Shown here: one piece after another, positions 1 through 9,024 of the stretch
Layout: the number at the start of each line of letters is the position of its first letter
How positions within the stretch are numbered: position 1 is the first letter of the stretch
Origin: an uncultured Bacillales bacterium
GTDB lineage: Bacteria > Bacillota_I > Bacilli_A > RF39 > UBA660
Direction: 5' to 3'
DNA: 54,801 nt
Assembly (NCBI GenBank): GCA_947168965.1
Contig: CAMVNW010000002.1
Location: 1 to 54,801 of the forward strand
Made by a program: the position numbers and the translations under genes
Notes under the pieces: model-generated
The model's input: the letters and a program-made list of their open reading frames with translations, nothing else
The model's database searches: none
What the model was told of the DNA's origin: nothing

Positions 1-1892
1 GCATTTTCTTCAATAAATGAACGACGTGGTTCAACCTCATCACCCATTAACTTCTCAAATATAGCATCTGCAGCAACACAATCATCAACAGTAATACGAC
101 GTAAAGTACGCTTTTCAATATCCATAGTAGTCTCATTTAACTCTTCAGCATCCATCTCACCAAGACCCTTCATACGAGCAATCTCAGCACGATTTCTAAC
201 TTTATCATCCAAAGAATTTAAATATTCAGCCAACTCATCTTCATCCAAAACATACTTTCTAGTCTTACCATGCATAATTCTAAATAGTGGAGGTTGCGCA
301 GCATAAACATGTCCAGCTTCAACAATAGGCTTAAAGAACCTATAAAATAAAGTTAATAACAATACTCTAATATGAGCACCATCAACATCGGCATCGGTCA
401 TGATTATAATCTTATCATATCTTAACTTAGATAAATCAAACTCGTCCCCTATACCAGTTCCAAAAGCAGTAATAATAGAACGAATTTCCTCATTACCTAA
501 AGCACGATCAAGTCTTGCCTTCTCAACATTTAAAATCTTACCACGTAAAGGAAGAATTGCTTGAGTCATAGAATCACGACCCTTTTTAGCACTACCACCG
601 GCAGAATCTCCCTCGACTATAAATATTTCAGAAATCTTAGGATCCTTACTCTTACAATCAGATAACTTACCAAAGAAATTAGTAACAGCCATCTCACTCT
701 TACGAGTCATTTCACGAGCACGCTTAGCAGCAAGTCTACCACGACAAGCAGCCATAGCCTTATTAACAATAGTTCTAGCACACTCAGGATTTTCTAAAAG
801 AAACCTCTCAAATCCCTCACTAAATACATTATCAGCTAGTTTTCTAACCTCAGAATTACCAAGTCTACCCTTAGTTTGTCCTTCAAACTGTGGATTAGGA
901 TGCTTACAAGAAACAATCATTGTTAAACCTTCCTTAACATCATCACCTGTTAAAGCCTCATCCTTCTCCTTAAGCATATTTGTCTTACGAGCATAATTAT
1001 TGATTAAACGAGTAAGCGCTCTCTTAACACCATCCTCATGAGTACCACCATCATGAGTATTAATATTATTAACAAAAGAATAAATATTTTCCTTATAACT
1101 AGAATTATATTGCATTGCTACTTCAAAGAAAACATCATTCTCTTCACCCTCTAAGTGAATAACATCATCATGAATTACAGTCTTACCTTGATTAATAAAC
1201 CTAACATACTCAGAAATACCACCTTCATACATAAAAGTTTGACCAGTTGTATCCTCATCATCTCTATCATCACGAATAGTAAGTGATAAACCACGATTTA
1301 AAAAAGCTAACTCACGAATTCTAACCATTAAAGTGTCATAATCATAAATATCAGTATCAAATATATCAGGATCAGGTTTAAAAGTAACAGTAGTACCAGT
1401 ACGATTTTCCTCACACTCACCTACTACAGTAAGTTTTTGAGCTACCTTACCACCATCAACAAACTTAACCTCATAAACCTTAGAATTCTTATAAACTGTA
1501 ACATTAACCCATTTAGAAAGTGCATTAACAACTGAAGCACCAACACCATGAAGACCACCAGATACCTTGTATCCTCCGCCTCCAAACTTTCCACCAGCAT
1601 GTAAAACAGTATAAACAGTCTCAACAGTAGAAATACCAGTCTTTGGATGCACATCAACTGGAATTCCACGACCATTATCCTTAACAGTTACAGAATTATC
1701 CTTATTAACAATAACCTCAATATGATTACAATAACCAGCTAAAGCCTCATCAATTGCGTTATCAACAATTTCCCAAACCAAATGATGAAGACCCTTAACA
1801 TCAGTAGTACCAATATACATACCAGGTCTTTTTCTAACAGCTTCCAACCCCTCCAAAACTTGAATATCGGAAGCATCATAATGTTCATTCAT
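1..1892 (-). CDS. gyrB: DNA gyrase subunit B, partial (C-terminal ~20 aa beyond the left edge)
   Basis: Minus-strand frame is open to the window edge. ATG at 1892-1890 follows a GAGAGGTG SD. It translates [30 protein letters not shown] at the N-terminus and ...[17 protein letters not shown] in frame at the edge. Absent from the ORF track because there is no stop in the window. Confidence 0.95.
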   Translation of the reverse strand, partial: MNEHYDASDIQVLEGLEAVRKRPGMYIGTTDVKGLHHLVWEIVDNAIDEALAGYCNHIEVIVNKDNSVTVKDNGRGIPVDVHPKTGISTVETVYTVLHAGGKFGGGGYKVSGGLHGVGASVVNALSKWVNVTVYKNSKVYEVKFVDGGKVAQKLTVVGECEENRTGTTVTFKPDPDIFDTDIYDYDTLMVRIRELAFLNRGLSLTIRDDRDDEDTTGQTFMYEGGISEYVRFINQGKTVIHDDVIHLEGEENDVFFEVAMQYNSSYKENIYSFVNNINTHDGGTHEDGVKRALTRLINNYARKTNMLKEKDEALTGDDVKEGLTMIVSCKHPNPQFEGQTKGRLGNSEVRKLADNVFSEGFERFLLENPECARTIVNKAMAACRGRLAAKRAREMTRKSEMAVTNFFGKLSDCKSKDPKISEIFIVEGDSAGGSAKKGRDSMTQAILPLRGKILNVEKARLDRALGNEEIRSIITAFGTGIGDEFDLSKLRYDKIIIMTDADVDGAHIRVLLLTLFYRFFKPIVEAGHVYAAQPPLFRIMHGKTRKYVLDEDELAEYLNSLDDKVRNRAEIARMKGLGEMDAEELNETTMDIEKRTLRRITVDDCVAADAIFEKLMGDEVEPRRSFIEEN

Positions 1893-1893
1893 A

Positions 1894-3003
1894 CTAACAC
1901 CTCTCAACCTTACCATTTTTGATATTAAACAATTTCGCACCATTAACTATCTCAGAATCAATACTATCCAAATCAGTAGTAGTAATAATAGTCTGAATAG
2001 AAGAATTAACATACTTAAGCAAATTATTTCTCTTAATACTATCTAACTCACTAAATACATCATCAAGAAGTAATATCGGACTAGTACCTAAATAATTCTT
2101 AAAAATCTCAATTTCAGATAACTTAATAGCCAAAACTGCCATTCTTTGTTGACCTTGAGAACCAAATTTTTTAATATTCATATCATCAATATAAAACTCA
2201 AAATCATCAAAATTAGGACCTAACAAATTCTTACCCATCTTCATTTCATCATTAACTAAATCTAAAGACAACTCCAAAAGTTCATTATAAATACGCTCCT
2301 TATTATTATCCTCCATTGAAATAGAAGTCTTATACCTAATATTAAAACCTTCCATTCCACTTAAATCATAATAAATCTTTGAAGCATAACTATTAATCTT
2401 ATCAATAAACTTCTTTCTCATAATATATATCAATATAGACTTCTTAATAATATAATCATTTAAAATAGAAAAATAGTTATCATCAAACCTCTTACCACTC
2501 TTTATCTCTTTTAAATAATTACCCTTAATTCTTATCAACTTCTTATAATCATTAAATATCTCCATATAATTACTATAAAGCTGACTAAGCTCTAAATTAA
2601 TATACCTACGTCTTACAATAGGACCACCCTTAACAAGATCTAAATCCTCCGGATAAAAAATAATAACATTCATATTCGATATATAATCACTAACCTTCTT
2701 ATGATTAAAATCATCAATAAACATCTTTTTACTAGCAGAACTTAAAACAATCTTAAGAGTCCTATCAATATCATTATTAGACAAAACAGCACTTATTTTA
2801 GCAATCTTCTCACCCTCTTTAATTAAATTATCATCAATAAAAGATCGATGAGACTTAGTTAAAGCTAAAAAATAAATACTTTCGAGTAAATTTGTCTTCC
2901 CTTGCGCATTTTCTCCATAAATTATATTAATATTAGGACCCAACTCCAAACTTAAATCAGAATAATTACGAAAATTAACAATATCAACAGACCTCAAAAA
3001 CAT
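1894..3003 (-). CDS. recF: DNA replication and repair protein RecF
   Basis: 369 aa with Walker [17 protein letters not shown]-like signature FGSQGQQR and Walker [12 protein letters not shown]. Sits between dnaN and gyrB. Its stop is 1 nt from the gyrB ATG. Confidence 0.95.
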   Translation of the reverse strand: MFLRSVDIVNFRNYSDLSLELGPNINIIYGENAQGKTNLLESIYFLALTKSHRSFIDDNLIKEGEKIAKISAVLSNNDIDRTLKIVLSSASKKMFIDDFNHKKVSDYISNMNVIIFYPEDLDLVKGGPIVRRRYINLELSQLYSNYMEIFNDYKKLIRIKGNYLKEIKSGKRFDDNYFSILNDYIIKKSILIYIMRKKFIDKINSYASKIYYDLSGMEGFNIRYKTSISMEDNNKERIYNELLELSLDLVNDEMKMGKNLLGPNFDDFEFYIDDMNIKKFGSQGQQRMAVLAIKLSEIEIFKNYLGTSPILLLDDVFSELDSIKRNNLLKYVNSSIQTIITTTDLDSIDSEIVNGAKLFNIKNGKVERC

Positions 3004-3135
3004 AAAATTACCTCATTTCGCAAAATTAGCCCCAATTTTAAAAATTAACATAATTTATATATCCCTATACACATATAATATTATATCATAAATAAAGCCT
3101 AAAAAAAACAAAAATGAGACAGTTTGTCCCATTTT

Positions 3136-3591
3136 TTATGAATTTCTTCTCTTCCTAATCAAATGATCTAACATAGTTGCTCTAAAAATTTGATTTTCCA
3201 AAGAATAATAAGAAATATCTAAGTCCATAGTAGTATCACCTCTAAAAGAAATTTTAGACCCCTTATCATTGGCATCATAAGAAACAATATTACTTAACGA
3301 TATCCAAATACAATCACTAACTCTAGGAGAATTTGTAGGAAAAAAAATCAAATCATGAAATTCTTCAATAATAATTGGAAGTTTATAATTCATATTTAAT
3401 ATTTTTTTAGCACCTTCAAATCTGCCCTGATAAGAACTTCCATAATACCTACAACTATCATCAACAATTTCTTTAGAAGACTTAGAAACAAGAAAAACAT
3501 CATTTTGTTCATGTACTTCACATAAATTCTTCTCAATAGGAACAATTACACATGTAGCCCTATTAATATAATAATTATCAAGTGTTTTCAT
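3136..3591 (-). CDS. comK: ComK-family transcription factor (competence regulator family)
   Basis: Collinear with B. subtilis ComK as I recall it: VDDSCRYYGSSYQGR vs VDRSCRFFGSSYAGR, KLPIII..LIFFPT vs KPPIMV..IFLFPT, CIWIS vs CGWIS, ISYYSLENQIFRA vs ISYNSFENQVYRT. The track start at 3603 (GTG) lies inside the SD AGGGGGTGA, so I chose the ATG at 3591. It has its own terminator at about 3105-3135. Confidence 0.75.
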   Translation of the reverse strand: MKTLDNYYINRATCVIVPIEKNLCEVHEQNDVFLVSKSSKEIVDDSCRYYGSSYQGRFEGAKKILNMNYKLPIIIEEFHDLIFFPTNSPRVSDCIWISLSNIVSYDANDKGSKISFRGDTTMDLDISYYSLENQIFRATMLDHLIRKRRNS

Positions 3592-3728
3592 CGTATAAAT
3601 CACCCCCTATAAATATCATACGATAAAATAATTGCAAGCACCTTAAATATATCAACATTTTTTGTAGAAATTTATCGAAAAATAGCAAAAAAAAACATTT
3701 TTAAAAAAAATGTTAAAAATTTCTTTTT

Positions 3729-4850
3729 TTAATAAGTTCTAATAGGAAGAATTAATTGAATTAAATCATCACTTGAACAAGATTTTAAAATAATTGGTTT
3801 AACTTCCCCATTAAATAATAATTCAACCTCATCATTATCAAAAGATCTTAAAGCATCCATCATATACTTAGAACTAAATGCAATCTTAAATCCATCTTCA
3901 ATATTTTCAATTAAAGAAACAGTTTCCTCTACATTTCCAATTTCTGGAATATTAGATGATAGTTTTATAGCATCCCCTATACTCTCTAATTTAATAGTAT
4001 TTTTATCTGATTCATTAGTTAATAATGACGCTCTATCAATAGCATTATATAAATCATTTAATTTAACCTTCATTGTTATTAAAAATGAAGTAGGAATTAA
4101 TTTAGATGTATCAGGATAAGTTCCATTAACCAAACGAGATAACATAACAATTGAATTAAATTTAAATATAATCTTATTATTAAAAATATGTAATTCTAAA
4201 TCCCCTTCCTCATCATTAAATAACTTAACTAATTCATATAAATTCTTAGTTGGAATAATTATATTAATCTTTTCAACAACATTAGTATCTAAATTAATAA
4301 TCTTTTTTGCTAAACGATAAGAATCGGTAGCAACACATTCTAAAGTATCTCCTTCGATTTTAAAATTTAAACCTGTTAAAGCAGGACGAGACTCTTGAGT
4401 AGATGTCGCAAATAAAGTTTGATTAATAATACTTTTGAACATCTTTTTACTTATTTTAATTGGATTTTTATTATCTTCCAAATCAAGCATTGGGAAATCA
4501 GCTGCATTATTACAATTTAAATTAAAAGATGAACTAGAAGTATTAATATATAACTTAGATTCCATAACTTCTTCAATATTTATTACCTCATTAGGTAATT
4601 TTTTAATTATTTCATATATATATTTACCACTAACAACAATTTCTCCACAAACATCAATATTATCAATCTTATCTTTAGGAATAAATGTTTTAATAGCAAT
4701 ATCATTATCAGTACTCATTAAGTATAAACCATCAGAAGTAAGTTCAAATTTAATACAATTAAGTATAGGAATTAAATTTTTACTAGAAATACCTTTTATT
4801 ACATAATTTAAATGTTCCATTAATATATTTTGTTTAATTTTTAGTTTCAT
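3729..4850 (-). CDS. dnaN: DNA polymerase III beta sliding clamp
   Basis: 373 aa of typical clamp length and three-domain layout, ending ...ILPIRTY. Immediately downstream of dnaA. SD AAGGAG lies upstream of the ATG. Confidence 0.95.
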   Translation of the reverse strand: MKLKIKQNILMEHLNYVIKGISSKNLIPILNCIKFELTSDGLYLMSTDNDIAIKTFIPKDKIDNIDVCGEIVVSGKYIYEIIKKLPNEVINIEEVMESKLYINTSSSSFNLNCNNAADFPMLDLEDNKNPIKISKKMFKSIINQTLFATSTQESRPALTGLNFKIEGDTLECVATDSYRLAKKIINLDTNVVEKINIIIPTKNLYELVKLFNDEEGDLELHIFNNKIIFKFNSIVMLSRLVNGTYPDTSKLIPTSFLITMKVKLNDLYNAIDRASLLTNESDKNTIKLESIGDAIKLSSNIPEIGNVEETVSLIENIEDGFKIAFSSKYMMDALRSFDNDEVELLFNGEVKPIILKSCSSDDLIQLILPIRTY

Positions 4851-5000
4851 AAGAATTCTCCTTTTTTATTATTTTTTTATATTATTATAATTATTATTAA
4901 TGTGGATAATGTTCAAAACTAACATAATCCCTTTATTTTACTAGGGAAAACATGTGTGCAAAAAATGTTAAATAAATGTTTATAATATAAAGTTTTGCAC
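4851..5000. other. oriC downstream module (dnaA-dnaN spacer): DnaA boxes, trinucleotide-repeat run and AT-only unwinding candidate
   Basis: Perfect TGTGGATAA at 4901-4909, overlapping ATGTTCAAAA at 4909-4918. TGTGCAAAA at 4955-4963 and TTTTGCACC at 4993-5001. Uninterrupted A/T run at 4862-4900, with ATT/TAA 3-nt periodicity at 4879-4900 abutting the perfect box. Confidence 0.7.
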
Positions 5001-6353
5001 CTACTTAAGTTTTGATATCATTTTATCAACCTCATTTTTAAGTTGAAGATCAGTAGCAATTTCTTTTCTAATCTTTTCAACAGAATGCATAACAGTTGTA
5101 TGATTTTTTCCACCAAATTCAGCCCCTATTTTAGGTAATGTCTCTTCCAAAACAGTTCTACATATATACATAGCAATCTGACGAGGAACCGAAACATTAG
5201 TAACTCTCTTCTTACTCTTTAATTCCTCAACAGAAATATTATAGTGACTTGCTACAACCTGTTGAACTTGCTCAATCTTATTCTTAGAAATAATACTTTT
5301 AACAAAGTAATCCTTTAAAGCATCAACAGCTAAATCAAGAGTAATCGTAGAACTATTCATCATTGTAGCAAAAGCAAAAATACGAGTAATAGCCCCCTCT
5401 AATTTTCTTATATCACTACTACAATTACTAGCAATATACTCTTTTACATCATCAGGAAGCTTGTTACAAATCTCATTAGCTTCAATCTTTTTGTCAATAA
5501 TATCAAGTCTCAATTGAAAATCAGGTGGTAATATATCAATAGTAAGTCCCCAATTGAAACGTGTTCTAAGCCTTTCTTCAAGCTTATTTAAATCATCAGG
5601 TGATCTATCAGAAGAAATAATAATTTGTTTGTTATTGCAATGAAGTTCATTAAATGTGTTGAAAAACTCTTGTTGAGTCTTATTAGCAATCTCCAAGTAT
5701 TGAATATCATCAATCATCAAAACATCTATATCTCTATATTTCTTTTTAAAAGCTTCAATCATCTCAAAATTATTTTCACTTTTATTTTTACGATATATGT
5801 TCAAAAAATCATCTACAAAACGTTCACTAGTAACGTATAAAACTTTCTTCTTATTATTTTTAACAATATAATTACCAATCGCATGCATCAAGTGAGTTTT
5901 ACCAAGACCACTTTTTCCATATATAAATAAAGGATTATACATAAAACCAGGTTTCTCTGCAACCGCAATAGCGGTAGCCTTAGCAAATTTATTACTCTGC
6001 CCTACTATAAAATTTTCAAAAGTATAACGTGGATCCAAATTAGATTCAAAAGAACTAATCGAAGGAACACCAATAGCTTCAGCATCAATAACAACATTAT
6101 TATTAATTTCCTCTTGCGTTACATACTCAAAATTAAAATTTGTTCCAGTGATTTCAGTAAAAATTTCCTCTACTAAATCATTGTAGTTCTCTTTTAAATG
6201 TTTCTTATGTACTTGCATTGGAACCAATACTTTAGCACTATTCTCATTTAAATCTATTAATTCAGTGTCCATAAACCAGGTTTCATATAATATAGGATCA
6301 AGCATATCTTTAACCTTTTCAAGAAATAAATTCCATATATTACTTATATCCAC
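5001..6353 (-). CDS. dnaA: Chromosomal replication initiator protein DnaA
   Basis: AAA+ Walker A GKSGLGKTHLMHA, Walker B LMIDDIQ, and a C-terminal DNA-binding domain (RQIAMYICR...GGKNHTTVMHSVEKI). The track start at 6365 (GTG) lies within the SD AGGTGGTGA, so the GTG at 6353 (MDISNIWNLF...) is more likely. Confidence 0.93.
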   Translation of the reverse strand: MDISNIWNLFLEKVKDMLDPILYETWFMDTELIDLNENSAKVLVPMQVHKKHLKENYNDLVEEIFTEITGTNFNFEYVTQEEINNNVVIDAEAIGVPSISSFESNLDPRYTFENFIVGQSNKFAKATAIAVAEKPGFMYNPLFIYGKSGLGKTHLMHAIGNYIVKNNKKKVLYVTSERFVDDFLNIYRKNKSENNFEMIEAFKKKYRDIDVLMIDDIQYLEIANKTQQEFFNTFNELHCNNKQIIISSDRSPDDLNKLEERLRTRFNWGLTIDILPPDFQLRLDIIDKKIEANEICNKLPDDVKEYIASNCSSDIRKLEGAITRIFAFATMMNSSTITLDLAVDALKDYFVKSIISKNKIEQVQQVVASHYNISVEELKSKKRVTNVSVPRQIAMYICRTVLEETLPKIGAEFGGKNHTTVMHSVEKIRKEIATDLQLKNEVDKMISKLK

Positions 6354-6365
6354 ATATATCACCAC

Positions 6366-6852
6366 CTAAATAACAATATCATTGTACAATAAACAAAATG
6401 AAATTTAAAGTAATTTTGAACATATTTTAAAAAAAATTAAGACGTAAAAAAAACACAATTCAACAAAATTATGAACATAAAAAAATAAAAAAAACATAAT
6501 CAACACAGTTTAAACATACTTTTTGCACATAAAAAACAGTAATAACTAAAAATAAAAAGTACTTTTGCACATTAAATGTTCAAAACTTTTCAAAAGTTAT
6601 TAACAGTGTTTAAACACTTTTGCACAATTGTGTGCAAAAACTGTAAAAACTATTGAAAATAAAAGAAAAAATAGTATGTTCAAAACAATCAAATCCCCTA
6701 CTCTTAAATCACACTTCAAAGTTTTGAACATAAAAACTTTTTTCCAAAGTAAAATAATAACATAAAATAAATATTTATATAAAAGTTATGAACATAAAAA
6801 CAATATAAGGAAATAAAAAAACACTTTTGAACATAAAAACATAAAAAAACAT
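6366..6852. other. oriC upstream module (dnaA-rpmH spacer) with a dense DnaA-box-like array
   Basis: A 557-nt non-coding gap, the largest in the window. TTTTGAACAT at 6414, 6722, 6825. TTATGAACAT at 6469, 6786. TTTTGCACAT at 6521, 6563. TTTTGCACA at 6618. Reverse copies at 6576, 6631, 6676. Gene orientation flips here. Confidence 0.75.
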
Positions 6853-6881
6853 TTGACAAAACAATGATTTATCTATATAAT
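6853..6881 (+). promoter_or_regulatory. Sigma-A-type promoter of the rpmH-rnpA operon
   Basis: TTGACA (6853-6858), 17-nt spacer, TATAAT (6876-6881), about 40 nt upstream of the rpmH ATG. Confidence 0.6.
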
Positions 6882-6922
6882 GTAAAAAGCAACGGAAATT
6901 AATTAGTTCAGGAGGTGTAATA

Positions 6923-7045
6923 ATGAAAAGAACATATCAACCAAATAATAGAAGAAGAAGTAAAAAAATGGGATTCATGGCACGTATGAAAACAAAAATG
7001 ATTAATGCTAGACGTAGAAAGGGCCGTAAAGTATTAGCTCATTAA
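6923..7045 (+). CDS. rpmH: 50S ribosomal protein L34 (40 aa, shorter than usual)
   Basis: My own translation is [49 protein letters not shown] lies upstream. Canonical position between oriC and rnpA. Below the ORF-track size cutoff. Confidence 0.9.
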   Translation: MKRTYQPNNRRRSKKMGFMARMKTKMINARRRKGRKVLAH

Positions 7046-7050
7046 TAATA

Positions 7051-7072
7051 CCACTGTTAAGCAGTGGTTTTT
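7051..7072 (+). terminator. Hairpin plus T-run between rpmH and rnpA (terminator or attenuator)
   Basis: CCACTG-ttaag-CAGTGG followed by TTTTT. Confidence 0.5.
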
Positions 7073-7093
7073 AATTATATATAAGGTGATTAT

Positions 7094-7429
7094 ATGAAAA
7101 AAATAAATATAATAAAGAAAAGCCAAGATTTTGAAAAAATAATAAAAAATAACAAGTCGTTTAGATCTAAATACTTTTATATATATAAAAGAAATCATGA
7201 AGAAAATATATACCATTTTGGACTATCAGTTGGAAAAAAAATAGGAAATGCAGTAAGAAGAAATAAAGTAAAAAGACAATTAAGAGAAATAATATCTAAA
7301 AATGACTACCAAAAAAACTTTGATTGTATTATAATAGTAAGAAGAGAAATCAATGATGCAGATTTCCAAAGTATTCAAGAAGATTTAAACAATGCATTAA
7401 AAAAATTACTATTAATAAAGGAGAAATAA
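7094..7429 (+). CDS. rnpA: Ribonuclease P protein component
   Basis: 111 aa, basic, with the motif GNAVRRNKVKRQLRE. Located just downstream of rpmH across a short spacer with a hairpin. Confidence 0.9.
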   Translation: MKKINIIKKSQDFEKIIKNNKSFRSKYFYIYKRNHEENIYHFGLSVGKKIGNAVRRNKVKRQLREIISKNDYQKNFDCIIIVRREINDADFQSIQEDLNNALKKLLLIKEK

Positions 7430-8362
7430 ATGAAAAATAAAACAATAAAAATAATAACAACACTTTTTTTAGCTATATCATTAACAGGATGTACAAAAAT
7501 ACTTAAAGACGGAAAACAACCTGTACAAAATCCAGAAACAGGACAAAACTTAGTAGAAAACATCCTTTGCCAACCAGAGAATGAAACAACAATAAACATA
7601 TATAAAGAGCATAATATCGATTTAGAAAAATTACCAAAATGTGATGAATATAAAATATCATCAAACGGATATGAAGGATTATGGACAACATTATTCGTAA
7701 AACCATTAGCAAAATTAATTTTAATAATAGGGGAACTAGTAAAAAATTATGGACTTGCTGTTATACTTTTAACACTTGCAATAAGAGGAATAATGTATCC
7801 AATAACTAAAAAATCAGCAATGCAATCAGAAAACATGAAAAAAGCACAACCAAAATTACAAAAATTAGAAAAGAAATATCAAGGAAAAACAGATCAAGAG
7901 AGTATGATGCAAAAATCACAAGAAATGATGTTAATATATAAAGAAAATAATATTAATCCATTATCAGGTTGTTTATTTGCAATTATACAAATACCACTTT
8001 TCTTTGCATTCTATGAAGCATTAAATAGATTGCCAGCAATATTTGAAGAAAATTTTATAGGATTCCAATTAGGAACAAGCCCTCTAACAGCATTTAAAGC
8101 AGGACATTGGCTATATATAATTTTCCCAATATTAGTTGCAGCATCAACATTCTTCTCATTTAAACTAAACCAAACAGCATCTATGAATGAAGAACAAGCA
8201 CAACAAATGAAAATGATGACGAATATTTCAATCGTATTTATAACAATCGCATCATTCACAATGTCAACAGGAATTGAGTTATATTGGATATTCAATAGTG
8301 GATTTACTGTAATCCAAAACTTATTAGTAAAAAGGAGTAAGAAAAATGCTAACATTATCTAA
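7430..8362 (+). CDS. yidC: Membrane protein insertase YidC/SpoIIIJ (lipoprotein type)
   Basis: Lipobox LTGC after the signal peptide. YidC/Oxa1 core with five TM segments. ATG directly follows the rnpA stop. Confidence 0.9.
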   Translation: MKNKTIKIITTLFLAISLTGCTKILKDGKQPVQNPETGQNLVENILCQPENETTINIYKEHNIDLEKLPKCDEYKISSNGYEGLWTTLFVKPLAKLILIIGELVKNYGLAVILLTLAIRGIMYPITKKSAMQSENMKKAQPKLQKLEKKYQGKTDQESMMQKSQEMMLIYKENNINPLSGCLFAIIQIPLFFAFYEALNRLPAIFEENFIGFQLGTSPLTAFKAGHWLYIIFPILVAASTFFSFKLNQTASMNEEQAQQMKMMTNISIVFITIASFTMSTGIELYWIFNSGFTVIQNLLVKRSKKNANII

Positions 8363-8960
8363 GTATGAAGGAAAGACAGAAACAGAAGCAAAAGAAAAAT
8401 GTATAAATGATTTAAATATATCAGAAGAAGAAATATTCTTTAAAAAAACAGAAACAGAAGCAAAATTATTTAAATCAAAAAAAATAATAATTGAAGCAAT
8501 AAAAAAACAAGATATAATAAACTATATAAAAGAATACATAAAAGAACTTGATAAAAGCTTCAATATAGAAATAAAATCAGAAGTTAATGAAAAAGATGAC
8601 ATTATAAAAGTAATACTAGTATCAAATAATAATCCTATACTAATAGGAAAAGATGGAAAAAATATAGAAGCACTACAAACATTAATTAGAAATTCTATAA
8701 GAAATCAAATAGGAATAGATATAAAAGTAAATATAGATGCATCAAATTATAAAAAGAAAAAAGAAGAAAGTTTTGAAAGAGAAATAAAGAAAATAATAAA
8801 AGAAGTAGAACAAACACACATAGAAACAAAACTTGACCCAATGAATTCATATAATAGAAGATTGGTACACAATTTAGCATCAAAATTTAAAAACATAAAA
8901 ACAGAATCTGTAGGAGAAGAACCAAACAGATATACAATAATAAAATATGAAGAAGACTAA
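8346..8960 (+). CDS. jag: Jag/KhpB RNA-binding protein (Jag_N, KH, R3H)
   Basis: 204 aa with an R3H-like C-terminus (MNSYNRRLVHN). Overlaps the yidC end. Conserved yidC-jag pairing. Confidence 0.85.
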   Translation: MLTLSKYEGKTETEAKEKCINDLNISEEEIFFKKTETEAKLFKSKKIIIEAIKKQDIINYIKEYIKELDKSFNIEIKSEVNEKDDIIKVILVSNNNPILIGKDGKNIEALQTLIRNSIRNQIGIDIKVNIDASNYKKKKEESFEREIKKIIKEVEQTHIETKLDPMNSYNRRLVHNLASKFKNIKTESVGEEPNRYTIIKYEED

Positions 8961-8972
8961 TCTTCTTTTTTT
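8950..8972 (+). terminator. Rho-independent terminator after jag
   Basis: AAGAAGA-ctaa-TCTTCTT followed by a T-run. Confidence 0.55.
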
Positions 8973-8973
8973 C

Positions 8974-9002
8974 TTGACTATAAATAAAAAATAAATTAGA
9001 AT
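8974..9002 (+). promoter_or_regulatory. Candidate sigma-A promoter for mnmE
   Basis: TTGACT, 17 nt, TAGAAT. Confidence 0.45.
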
Positions 9003-9024
9003 AAAGAAAAGAAAGAGGGATATT

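Noticed and set aside
4435-4806. 123-aa plus-strand ORF inside dnaN. Similar antisense ORFs occur at 1442-1675, 5625-5840, 9549-10004, 12163-12645, 14202-14672, 21376-21873, 25829-26335, 26583-26954, 34105-34752, 47203-47709, 51614-52042 and 53071-53547.
   Set aside because: All lie opposite well-supported genes. They have Leu/Phe/Ile/Ser-dominated translations typical of reverse-complemented A-rich coding DNA, and they lack ribosome-binding sites.
6414-6834. Reading the GAACAT-containing decamers as LexA (Cheo) boxes, CGAAC-N4-GTTCG
   Set aside because: No copy has a GTTC placed 4 nt after the GAAC. Where inverted pairs exist, the spacing is GTTC-N14-GAAC or head-to-head with a 3-4 nt spacer, incompatible with the LexA dimer site. 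I also found no such box upstream of uvrB or recF.
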